DNA of 64,000 nt, from NCBI GenBank assembly GCA_951406725.2, contig OX597823.1, forward strand, positions 35,154,001-35,218,000, given 5' to 3'. A program made the translations under genes and the position numbers. Source of the DNA: Octopus vulgaris. Lineage: Eukaryota. Positions 11,526-23,189 of this stretch are shown here, piece after piece (the first letter of the stretch is position 1; every line of letters begins with the position of its first letter). The notes under the pieces are model-generated. The model was not told the DNA's origin. It saw only the letters and a list, made by a program, of their open reading frames with translations, and did no database searches.

Positions 11526-11738
11526 AGGCAGCGAGCTGGCAGAAATGTTAGCACACCAGGCGAAATGCTTAGCAGTATTTCATCTGTCTTTACGTTCTGA
11601 GTTCAAATCCTGCTGAGGTTGACTTTGCCTTTCATCCTTTCAGGGTCGAAAATTAAGTACCAGTTGCATACTGGGGTCAATTTAATCAACTAGTCCCCTG
11701 CCCCCAAATTTCAGGCTTTGTACCTTTAGTAGAAAGGA
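11526..11738 (+). mobile_element. tRNA-derived SINE (GGCGGCGAGCTGGCAG family) with a 17-bp target-site duplication
   Basis: TTATTTGATACTAAATA at 11509-11525 and 11739-11755. B-box-like GAGTTCAAATCC. The central GCCTTTCATCCTTTC.GGGTCG..AAGTACCAG resembles the MetaSINE domain (from memory). Confidence 0.85.
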
Positions 11739-14700
11739 TTATTTGATACTAAATATTAGAGATTATTGTGCAGAGAATGAGAGATGAACACTTGATTAAC
11801 TTTGTATCTTAAATGATAACGATGGTGGTTTATCTAGTAAACATGTGATGTAGCCAGTTTATTGATGGTAGACAAGTCAGACACACTCACAGTAAAATAT
11901 ATTTCCCAGTCACTGATAAGAATGTGATACCTGTTGTGTAAAAAGCTCCATATGTGATCCATTGTTATTACCTAGAACAAGCAAGTTGTGAGTATTGCAT
12001 CCTTTATGGAATAAAATAACTAAATTATTGTAATTTTTGTCTACTGTTGGTAATACATGAAAAGTAATTTCTTAAACCCCAGTCAGTATTTATTAGTCTC
12101 TAGTAGTACCAAATTTTGAAATTCCTTTTACCCAAGTCCTTAACTAAGTTAGGATTCATAAATAGTATTTCTGGAGAGAAAGATTCCACATTTTCTTTCA
12201 GTCTCATAAATATTGATCAAAGCTATCTTTTCTAATCGAAACATGCAGAACAAATGGGAAAACTTCTTTTATTGAAAGCTAGCAACTCTGACAACCATCA
12301 TCATCATTGTCTTAACATCCACTTTTCCATGCTTCTATGGATTGGATGGAATTTATTGTGGCTGGATGTCCTTACTGTTTCCAACCGTACTTGTCTCCAA
12401 GCAAGGTAACAAAATATAAATATATCAACAAAATATATCCTAGATGACATAAAAAAATACAAACTCTATTCTACATCAGAAATTGGGAACCTCACAAGAC
12501 TAGTTTTCTGTAACCAGTTTTATAAGTCAATAAAATTTATAGAATTTCTGCTGGCAATTGTTGTAAAATGTCTTGTAATTATATATGTTAACCATTTATG
12601 TTTCAGTTTCATTAATTCTATTAAGTCTCACAACCAGAATTGTCCTCATCATCTTCATCTTTTAATGTCCATGTTCCAAACGCAGTTTGACAGGATCTGG
12701 TTTGTTTGAGGCTTGCATTGTGCTTTAATGTTTGTTTTGGTATGCTTTCTACAGTTCGGCTGCCCTAATGCTAACTGTTTTACAGAGTGCACTGGATTCT
12801 TTTCTCATGGAACCAGTACTGGTGAGATCACCAAGCAGTTTGCAAGACTAAAATCCTCTTTGACTGAATGGGGCTACAGTAGAGAGAAAGAGAGAGAGAG
12901 AGTGACCATGGTTATCTCAGCAACAATTCAAAGTCTTCTAGTTGGAGAAAGAGTAGGTTCTAATGATGTTGCGATAGATATATTATAAATATAAAGCCGA
13001 AAGAAATACTGCTGAGCATTTCTTTCGGCGTCATAAATAGTTGTTGACAACTTTACGGAAATGAATGAAGGGAGACAATCGATCACTTACTGACGCTTTT
13101 CTGTTAGTAAACAATTTTACTGACTGAAATGAAGGCGATAAAGTATAAGACTTCAACAGATTTCCTTTTTACCAAGGAACGAAACCAGTTTCATAAAGGC
13201 TTGAAACGACACCTTCATATTACAAGTGTTTATTTTATCAACCATGATAATGATGAACCATGGCTAAGATGGAAGCGGCAGCATCAATGACAATTTCAAC
13301 TCCGTGAGGTGCACTGGCATTGTACAATACCAGGGCACCTCAACCATCGTAAAGATTGTGTATGTGTGTGCATTACATATGCAATATATACTGTAGCTAT
13401 GTGGTTAAGAAGTTCACTTCCTGACCATAGATGGAATCTGAAAGAAACTCAACCACTCTGCAAGTGGTTGGCATTAGAAAGGGCACCCAACTTTAGAAAC
13501 CATGCCATCATAGGTATTAGAGCATAACACGGCCATGTGGTTTACTGGATCTTGTCAGCATATGGAAAATGAACTTTAAATGATTTGATGATGATAATAT
13601 AAATAAATATTTATGTGCACACACACATACATCTGAATAGGTGTGTATTTCTGTCACTTCGTCTTGCCAGAATGTGATAGTTGTAAATGAGTGTCATGGT
13701 CATACAAGTGGTGTGATTTTGTTTCCAATCCACTGTAAAAAGACACCTGGTCATAAGGAAATATCATTTTCTTTGGAAACAAGTGAAGAAATGCCAAAAG
13801 GTCCAAGTGGAAGGAGCATATGCTCGAGGAAAACATAGGAAGAAGTGAAAGCCTGATCTCAGAAGAGTGAACCTCTCAAAAGATAATGGATTGCAGTTAA
13901 AATGTTGTTTTGGAGAAGACCAGTTGAATCCATTTAAGTATAGGGAAATGAACATAAAAATGATAATGGTATATTGGCATAAAATGCTGGAATATATTTG
14001 GGATAATTTTGTGGAGATCTTGAACACACATTATATTATATATTGTATCATATGATCATTAAAGATGCAATTACTTGCTAACATGATGGCCTATAAGGCT
14101 GTGATTTTATCATCACCACCACTAAAATGGTCACAATGTACCATGTTCCTCCATACATGGTTGGATTATGTTTGCTGCATTGCTTCACCAATGATAATAA
14201 TAATAATTTTCCTCAAGGTCCATAAATCACAAAGTTATAGAAAGTTGACTGTAGTAATTTTAAGTTCCCTTGATAATTGGTTTGCGAAGGGCGAGGTCGA
14301 TCCCTTAAACCCAATGTTCAGTTGTAGTTGTATTTGTTGACTAAAGTCCATAGTATATTCATATTTACAGCTTATTCAATGAAATAAATATGGACAAAGA
14401 CCGACATCCTTATGGTGCAGGCATGGCAATGTGGTTAAAAAGTCCATTTTGCAACCATGTGGTTTCAGGTTCAATCCCAAACTGAAGCACTGTGTTTGTG
14501 TTCTACTACAGCCTTGATTTGATCAATGCCATGTGACTTAATTTGGTAAATGGAAACTATGTAGAAGCCTGTCAAATAAATGTTTTTGTACACCTCCCAC
14601 ACACAACGAGGTGATGTCGAGTTTTTTGTTTGTTTGTTTCCTTAGTTTGTCAAGAAGAAACTAATAAAATAATTACTAGACTTGAAAAATAAGTACAAAG

Positions 14701-15692
14701 ATTGATTTGTTTGACTAAGCCCCACTAGATGCTCCAGACTGCAACAAGTAGAGTCATCTTTTTCAGTCAGTATTGGCATCCTCATAATTTCAAACACTGA
14801 CTTTAAATATATGAAAATTTTCTTGCACACATTCCAGGCTTCAACAGACTACTCAAACTTTTTGCATCATAAAATAAACCAATTTATCACAGATTGTAAC
14901 AATAACAAAGAATGAGGAATTGGTTAAAGAATACCTTAAACCAATGATGCTTTTGTGAGACATCAACTTTTAACTCACAGAGTTTATAGCTCCATTTCTT
15001 CACAACTCGAAACTGCTGGCAAAAGAATTCAATTTCATTAGTATCATTGGAACAGTGTAGACAAATTTGATAACAGAGGCTTTTATTTCTGAAAAAAAAA
15101 TGTCGCTGGTATAGAACTCAGATGACAAAAATAAAATGCTGAATATGGAAACAGTATTGGACTTAAGCTCTACAGAATGCTGGCATTTACAATCAGGATG
15201 TCTTCATGAAATACAACTGCTGTTATAAAAGAAAACTATTTCAGCAGCTGCTAACTCAAATATGTAATTTTTTTTTGTCAGAATATCGACATAATTACAG
15301 AAAATGTCCCGCCAGAAATGTCTTATCACAAAGAGTGAGAAAATGTTACATCACAAGTGTAGACTACTGATCTCAGGTGTGCAAACCATGGCACTTGAAT
15401 GTGGATCATTCTCTACAAACTTTACATCTAGAAGTTTTTACCCGTGTTTGTTGTAAGCATTTTACCAGTTATGTTTAACGAGATTGCGTCCGCATAAGAA
15501 ACTTTAACATCAAATAAAAGTTGATTGATTTGTCTTGAGGGTGAATTCGTGGTTCACAAAATTAGATCAGAGAATGAATTTTTAATGAAATGAGACGATT
15601 CGGTGCAGGTGTTTGGACGCTGGTAATTTGGCACAGCTGACTGGACATTGGACTTGTTGGGGGGGGGGGGGAGACTGTTTGGCACTGGAGGC

Positions 15693-15727
<35 letters not shown>

Positions 15728-15864
15728 AAGATGTGTATTAAATGACTCCCAAATGCTACAACCGTCTCCTGTTCACATACAAAAAAAAAGTAACAAAACA
15801 AAACAGACGCACCTAAACAGAGGGAAAGAGAGGCGGGGTTATAGCAATCAGTGTAATTCAATAC

Positions 15865-16227
15865 GGTACTACTTAAGAAGAATGGTCCCGGTGCGCGAAC
15901 TTGCGCATCTGCAGTAGTTAGGGCGATCTTTCGATATTGGTACAGTAAGTACCGGAAGTGGCTTTGTTTACATTTCTGAAGATAACAGAAACCCTTTTCT
16001 CCCACCCCTAACCCTAACCTCCCATATATATATATATATAAAAAAAAACACTTTCTTGAAATGTATCCGGTACTTATACCGAAGTTACGCCAAAAAATTA
16101 TTTACTTTGTGTAAAAAAATTATTTATTTTGTGTTTTATTTACTTTGCTAGGTAGTCGTTGTAGGATCGACTAGCTAGCGCGGATGCGCGAGTACGCGCA
16201 CCGGGACCACTCTTCTTAAGTAGTACC
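15865..16227. mobile_element. MITE with long TIRs and a 9-bp TSD (Mutator/MULE-like)
   Basis: TIR GGTACTACTTAAGAAGA.TGGTCCCGGTGCGCG.ACT.GCGCATC at both ends. ATTCAATAC at 15856-15864 and 16228-16236. Confidence 0.88.
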
Positions 16228-16795
16228 ATTCAATACATCATGTTTATCTCTGATTTGTTGACAGTGCCAAAATTTAAATCCAGTCAGTTCTACTTTGTTG
16301 AAGGTGTAGAAAAATCCATTGCGAGAAATCTAGTAGTCGAGTAGTTTAGTAGTTGTGCCGACAAATTAGTTGTCAACTAGAATAAGAAACAAAATGTCTG
16401 ATGACAAAACAGCGCCGTCACAACGTCTCATTATAGATTTTTAAACAAGATTCCACAATGGCAAGTTTTACTTCAATAAGTAGATTACGAATCAAATACA
16501 AGCGTAGATACATATATCGCATCAATATAGCTTTTTGTTCAGTGTTTATCCATCTGTCCTATTACAAATAAGGATTTCTCAAATCACTTTTGTATGCCTC
16601 AATGGTTTCCAATGTATTTCTCCGATTTGTACTTGTTGGTAGACTGCAAGTTTAGACTTGCAATAAGATTTCTCATTGCTTCATAGTTAGATGGCTTCCC
16701 CACCTCCTGTGTGTGTGTATTTCACGTCTTTTTAAGAGACTACTACTATTAATGATTAAATTATTTCCTACATATTTAACAATGATAGTTTTTCT

Positions 16796-17935
16796 TCAGT
16801 GTGCTTTATTTTTGTGAACAACAAGACGAGAATTCTTATCGAACCCTTTTCCACACAATTCACAGCGAAACGGTTTTTCTCCCGTGTGAATTCTTATGTG
16901 ATTTTTTAAGTTACTATTATATCTAAAAATCCTTTCACATATTTCACAACGATACCGTATTCCCTCTCCATGTAGTATTCTTTTGTGAGCTTCAAGATGA
17001 TAGTTACTACCAAATGATTCTCCACACATTCTACATTGATGTGATTTTTCTCTAGCGTGTATTTTTTTGTGTATCGTTAAATTACCGTTAGTGATAAAAC
17101 GTTTCCCACATAATTCACAATGGTAAGGTCTTTCCCCGGTGTGACTACGTACATGGAGAATAAGGGCCGTATTATTATAGAAAGACTGTCCGCATACTTC
17201 ACACTGGCACAATTTTTCCCCAGTGTGCGTCCGTTTGTGCGTTGTTAAGATATAGTTAGTGATAAAATATTTTCCACATATTTCGCAGTGGTAAGGTTTT
17301 TCACCAGTGTGACGACGTACGTGGATAACGAGGCACCAGTTATCACCAAAAGTTTTCCCACACATTTCACAACGAAACGGTTTTTCCCCAGTATGTATTC
17401 GTTTGTGAGCTGTAAGGCCTCTATCAAAGGAGAACGACTGTCCACATATTTCACAATGATAAGGTTTTTCTCCAGTGTGTACTCTTTTATGAACTTCAAG
17501 ATGAGAAATATTAACGAAAGATTTCTCACAGATTTCACAATGAAACAGCTTTTCCCCAGTATGTATTCTTCTATGTTTCGTTAAATTACTTTTATAGGCA
17601 AAATATTTCCCACATACTTCACAGTAGAACTGTTTTTCCCCACTGTGTATTAGTTTATGAATCGTCAAACTACTCTTAAACGCATAATGTTTTCCGCATA
17701 TTTCACAGTGAAAAGGTTTTTTTCTGTTGTGTATTTCTTTGTGCGTGAAGACTTCACGCTCTGAACAGAATGTCTTCCTACAAATCTCACAGCGATATTC
17801 AGAAATATTTTCGCGTAATGATCCCTCATTAGTGAACGTTTCACTCTGTAAAGGTTTCTCACCACTGTGTGTTCCTGTGACTGTATTCATAAAAGTAGTT
17901 GTTTTAGAATTGGCCGAGTTATTAACGTCCTCCAT
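16796..17935 (-). CDS. C2H2 zinc-finger protein, 12 tandem fingers, 379 aa, single coding exon
   Basis: Twelve CxxC..HxxxH units with TGEKP-type linkers and an uninterrupted ORF. In-frame stop upstream of the ATG. Confidence 0.92.
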   Translation of the reverse strand: MEDVNNSANSKTTTFMNTVTGTHSGEKPLQSETFTNEGSLRENISEYRCEICRKTFCSEREVFTHKEIHNRKKPFHCEICGKHYAFKSSLTIHKLIHSGEKQFYCEVCGKYFAYKSNLTKHRRIHTGEKLFHCEICEKSFVNISHLEVHKRVHTGEKPYHCEICGQSFSFDRGLTAHKRIHTGEKPFRCEMCGKTFGDNWCLVIHVRRHTGEKPYHCEICGKYFITNYILTTHKRTHTGEKLCQCEVCGQSFYNNTALILHVRSHTGERPYHCELCGKRFITNGNLTIHKKIHAREKSHQCRMCGESFGSNYHLEAHKRILHGEGIRYRCEICERIFRYNSNLKNHIRIHTGEKPFRCELCGKGFDKNSRLVVHKNKAH

Positions 17936-18639
17936 ATTAATCCTGGCGGAAATCTATTATGGTTCAGTTTCTTGTCTTGGATACCATGGCGCTGTGTTTA
18001 CATGATTTAAGGACTACACGATATCATTAAATTGGCCGGACTGTTTGTAAACATCCAAGAAAAGCGGTGTCGTTGATAATTTTACGCTCCCTGAATAATA
18101 CCGGTGATATACATTAAAGGTCCTTAATATAATTTAATACTTTTAGAAGCACCTTCCTTCAAGTGTTGCTGAACCATTGTTTAAAAACAAATACATCCAA
18201 CAAAATAACTAGTAACTAATTCCTCCTCAAATCACATTATGAAAGACACATTTGTTAACATTGTACTAGATGTATTTAAATAAACGAGTTGGTCATGGTC
18301 TGTTCTATCACTTTGTCTAGGAGTAAACAATAACGGGAACCGCAGATAACACAATCAATGATGCAGGTAGGAGAGAGCTCTTGAAATGCAGCAATGAAAT
18401 GTTGGTATCAAATGTATTCAAGACACTACACGATTTTACTCCATATAGTGTTAGTGAAAGTGATTTAGATGGGAAAATGCAAAAGACAAGCTGTTTTTCC
18501 TAACAGACTGTTAATTGCAAACTTGTCTTCCTCACTCTGTCTGCCTGTCTGCCTGTACACAGACGCGCATATTCTAAACGCAGCAGTTGCGTTCTTTCAC
18601 ATGTCCTCACCCAATCCCTCTCGCTCTGTCTGTCTGTTT

Positions 18640-18707
18640 CTATGTATGTATGTATGTATGTATGTATGTATGTATGTATGTATGTATGTATGTATGTATG
18701 TATGTAG

Positions 18708-18741
<34 letters not shown>

Positions 18742-19055
18742 ATGTATGTATGTATGTATGCGTGTATGTATGTATGTATGTGTGTGTGTGTGTATGTATG
18801 TATGTGTGTGTATATGTATGTATATGTGTGTATGTATGTATGTGTGTATATGTATGCAGATGTGTCTGTGTGCGTGTGCGTGTCTACGTAATGTATGTAT
18901 GTCTGCTTGCGTGTGTCTATGTAGGTACGTATGTATGTATGTGTATTTGTGCGTGTGTATGTATGTATGTAGGCAGGTGTGTGTGTGTGCCTACGTAATG
19001 TATGCCTGTCTGCGTGTCTGTGTCTATGTGTGTATGTAGACACACATACACACAT
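18640..19055. repeat. Compound (TATG)n/(TG)n microsatellite
   Basis: Directly visible. Confidence 0.95.
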
Positions 19056-19261
19056 TTCTCAACACGGTCTTTAAAGACATTAAGCTATCACTTTTGAAAC
19101 AAACAAACAAACAAAAAAAAAATGTAAATTTATAAAAAGAAAATGAATCTCCACTCCTTAAATTTCTCTTGAGAAAAACTTACAAACAAGATGAGGACAA
19201 ATATCCATCGAATGTAAATAATGTACAAAAGGTATATAATTCCTCATCTCTAAAATAAAGA

Positions 19262-19660
19262 ACTGTGGAGGGACATGTTCCAAACTTCGGCACTGGAGAG
19301 AGTTTTAATGCACGAACATTTATATACTCTAAGCTTGCAAATATACTACGTTCGAAATCATGGGCTAAAATACTCTATCGTAACAATCTGACATTTAGAG
19401 TTCCCTTAACTGTTCAACTACCTATCTAAATTAAAAGAAATATAAAAGAGACATCTACTGAAACATTAAAAAAACCCTCCTCATTAAATGAACTCTTAAC
19501 GATACCTTAGAAGTCAACCATTCAAGGATGATGCATTCTGAGGAGAACAGCTGCTATAAAACTCAACCATAGACCACCTTCCAGTCAAGAAGCAACAACA
19601 AAACCTAATTGAAAATACAAGGCGGTGATCTAGAATGGCGGCAGTACTATCATTACTTCC
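19262..19660 (+). mobile_element. Old CR1 LINE 3' remnant
   Basis: VEGHVPNFGTGESFNART matches LEGIVPNFGIVSYTNART of the CR1 at ~35100. Ends GGCGGTGATCTAGAATGGCGGCAG, like the CR1 tail. Confidence 0.6.
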
Positions 19661-19664
19661 TAAA

Positions 19665-20297
19665 AAATTTGTAGGGAACTTCCTCGAAAGTTTCGAGGAT
19701 TTTATAACTTCCTGAAAAATTGGTAGAAAACTTCCTGGAAAGTTCCAAGGATTTCATGGAAAGTTCCGGGGATTTCCCAACTTTCTGGAAAACTGATAGG
19801 AAACACCCTGGAAAGTCCCGAGCATTTCATGGAAAGTTCCGAGGATTTCGCAATTGGAAAATTGGTCGAACACTTCCCGGAAAGTTCCGAAGATTTCATG
19901 GAAAGTTCCGGGGATTCCTCCTGGAAAATTGGTGGGAAACATCCTGGAAAGGACCGAGGAATTCATATAAAATTCCGGGGATACCCCAACTTCCTGGAAA
20001 ATTGGTCGAAAATTTCCTGGAAAATTCCAAGGATTTCATGGAAAGTTCCAGGTATTTCCGAACTCCCCAGAAAATTGGTCGGATACGTCATGGAAAGTTC
20101 CGGTGTTTCCATGGAAAATCCCGGAATTTCCCAACTTCCTGGAAAATTGATCGGAAACATCCTGGAAAGTTCCGGTAATTTCCCAACTTCCTGGAAAATT
20201 GGTCAGAAACATCCTGGGAAGCTCCGGCGATTTCATGGAAAGTTCTGGGAACTTCCCAACTCCCTGGAAAGTTACTAGGATTTCATGGAAAGTTCCG
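19665..20297. repeat. Minisatellite array built from GGAAAGTTCC / GGATTTCATGG / CCCAACTTCCTGGAAAATTGG subunits (~50-70-bp units)
   Basis: Repeated units are directly visible; the ORFs over it are artefacts of the repeat. Confidence 0.85.
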
Positions 20298-21208
20298 GGG
20301 TTAGGGGTGGGGGAAGGGTATCTTTTTTTTCTTCAGATATGTAAATAAACCCAATCTGTTTCTTAAACGAATACATAATATGTAATGTGTGTATTTGTGC
20401 AACAGAGAGGGAAATTAAAACTGCATATGTTGTGAACTTAGAATATGTGTTTATTAATAAAAGTTTAATAACGATAATCTTTTATTCATACGAACGTAAC
20501 TGATATGAAAAATGTCATAAATTGCAATGACATTTTCATATGACACTGCAAAAAATTGTTGACAGACTTCGGCAGATATTGTTTTCACCTCAATAGACGT
20601 CATTGATTGGTTGAAATTGCCGAAAATTAAGAAATTAAAGAGGAAATAGCTTACAAACTACAGAATTTTCTCAAGAAAGCCAAGAGAAAAAGATGTGGAC
20701 CTTTTCGGTTTGAACGGCAGTTTTTTCTAGCGGTGTCATATGAAATTGTCACTCATAATTATGACCCTAGTATCGATCTATTGCATTTCAATCTGTTTTA
20801 GGGTTAGGGGTGGGGGAAAGGGTATCTTTTTTTCTTTAGAAATGTAAATAAACCCAATCTGTTTCTTAAACGAAGGACATATTCATACGGTACAGAATGT
20901 TTTCACCTCAATAGACGTCATTGATTGGTTGAAATTGCAGAAATTGAAGAAAAAAAACACCAAATATCTTACAAACTATAGAATTTTCTCAATAAAGCCA
21001 AAAGAAAAAGATGTTTTATAAACACATTCTACCAGTATACGAAGTTTAAAAGTGTTTAGTTACGTGGAAATTATTAAAAAAAACTGCCGTTCAAACCGAA
21101 AAGATCCAAAGATGTTTTATAAACACATTCTACCAGTATACGAAGTTTAAAAGTGTTTAGTTACAAAGAAATTACTTTAAAAATCTGCCGGTCAAAGCGA
21201 AAAGATCC
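20297..21208. mobile_element. Older, left-truncated MITE interrupted by a copy of its own family
   Basis: 20297-20370 matches 20800-20872; 21116-21208 matches 21016-21107. Right TIR CTGCCGGTCAAAGCGAAAAGATCC. Confidence 0.75.
20697..21107. mobile_element. MITE with ~30-bp TIRs and an 8-bp TSD
   Basis: GGACCTTTTCGGTTTGAACGGCAGTTTTTT ... AAAAAACTGCCGTTCAAACCGAAAAGATCC. AAAGATGT at 20689-20696 and 21108-21115. Confidence 0.85.
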
Positions 21209-22552
21209 GCAACAGCTAATTATTTTGAAATTATAAACAGAAACAAATTGCAGATTCAGACTGTTGGTTTTTACAGACTATGATTATAAGAGATCACAAA
21301 AAAAAAAAAAAGAGCGAAATTTTCGGATTTAAGTGGTGGTGAAAAAAAATTACGAAAATTATTCGGCTGCTTTAGTCGTACTGAAGTTACTTCCCATAGT
21401 GACGGGAGTTTGAAAAGAAATGACAAACACATAAAGTTGTCTCCCCTGCACTGGTAGTGACAGTAATAACTATAACTTGTTTCCTTTTAAGTAGGGAAAC
21501 CTTATTTGCTGAGAAGCGACATAGGCGAGAATGAATTACGACTATATTATGAAGCGAGAATGAATTATAACTATATTATGAAGTATAAAAAATAAAAAAA
21601 GAGAAAAACTTTCCTAGTGTGTATAACGAGTTATCTCGCCATCTCATGAATGATAGCGAACAGCAAAGATATGAATTAGATGCTGCCATTCCATCCTTCG
21701 TTACATTTCCCATTTGGGAGTGGCGCTGAATCGATTGACTTATTTGTCACCAGGGGATGCAGTAAATAGTAAGACGTCTTCCCCTTCATGAAAAGTTACA
21801 GTTAGAGTTAGGTCTAACTTATGTATATACTGTCCTGTTATACAGCTGAACGTAAACCTCTACGCGCGCGCGCGCACACACACATACACAGCATACATTT
21901 TGCGTTTCCTCTACACCCCTAGGGGCAGATAGAGGAAAAAGAGACAATGGGAGAGCGGTAGGGTTTTGAAAATGTGAGGTTACGAGAAAGGGACCACTTT
22001 GGGAATGGGAGGGTTTATGGAAATTGAGAAAGAGATGCAAGGGGTTGGGGATGGCTGGGAAAGAGTGTGACTAGAGTCATAACTGACACTTCACAAAACA
22101 TCGATTTAAATTGTTTCAGTGACATTAAATACACATTCAGTGACGTAACTGGCGCCATTTTACAAGTTAGCTCTACACCTGTGACCACAAAACCCTAGCA
22201 ACTCGTAACAAACTTTAACTCATTAAGAATAAACCTTTATCTTAGGACACAACCCTCACCCAAACCTTAAACTGGCGTTGGTTACTAAATTCGACCTAAC
22301 CCTTTCATCCAATCCTTGACCCTAATCTAAATCTAACCCTAGCGTCTTATTGTTTAAGCTGCACCCTCCCCAACAACCCTTAACATGCAACTTAACTATT
22401 CACTATAAAAACCTTTCTCTAATCCCTAATCCTACACTTGTCTAAACCCTGTACCTCAATCCCGAATTCTAATAGCAAACCCTCAACAAAATGAGAAAAA
22501 AACTATCTACTTTTAGTCATTGGATAGCTGTCATACATGACGATATGTAAAC

Positions 22553-22809
22553 AATAGCGAGCTAGCAGAAACGTTTAAGGCGGCGAGCTAGTAGAAACGT
22601 TAGCACGTCGGGCGAAATGTTTAGCAGTATTTTGTCTGCCGTTACGTTGTGAGTTCAAATTCCGCCGAGGTCGACTTTACCTTTCACCATTTAGGGGTCG
22701 ATAAATTAAGTACCAGTTACGCACTGGGGTCGAAGTAATCGACTTAATACCTATGTCTGTCCTTGTTTGTCCCCTCTATGTTTAGCCCCTTATGGGTAAT
22801 AAAGAAATA
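22553..22809 (+). mobile_element. tRNA-derived SINE (GGCGGCGAGCTGGCAG family), with a duplicated head
   Basis: Same family as 11526. GATATGTAAAC flanks both sides. Confidence 0.85.
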
Positions 22810-23189
22810 GATATGTAAACTTGAAATCATGTAAAATGAAGTTGATATACTTATAATAATATTTATAAATTAATTTTTGAAAGGAAAATAATAAATATGA
22901 TTAGCATATGTAAATGTGTCATCATTTAACATCCGTCTTTCACGTTTGTATGGATTGGACTGTTTGACAGGAACCCCACAAACTGGGGAATTGCACCAAC
23001 CTTCAATGTCTGCTTTGGGATGGTTTGCCATTTTTGCAAACACTGGCACCAGCAAAGATGCTAAGTATGTTGCAAGTCAAATGAAAAGTTCCTTCACTGA
23101 ATGGGATGACATTATGCCAGACTGAAGTATGGCAGATGGACAGGCATAATTATGCTGCTATAGAGGAGATACGTGACTATTCTGCATAT

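Noticed and set aside
18469-19055. Low-complexity ORFs (MYVC/HTYI/ERER types; also 8064-8671, 26687-27700, 40076-40453)
   Set aside because: Translations of microsatellites.
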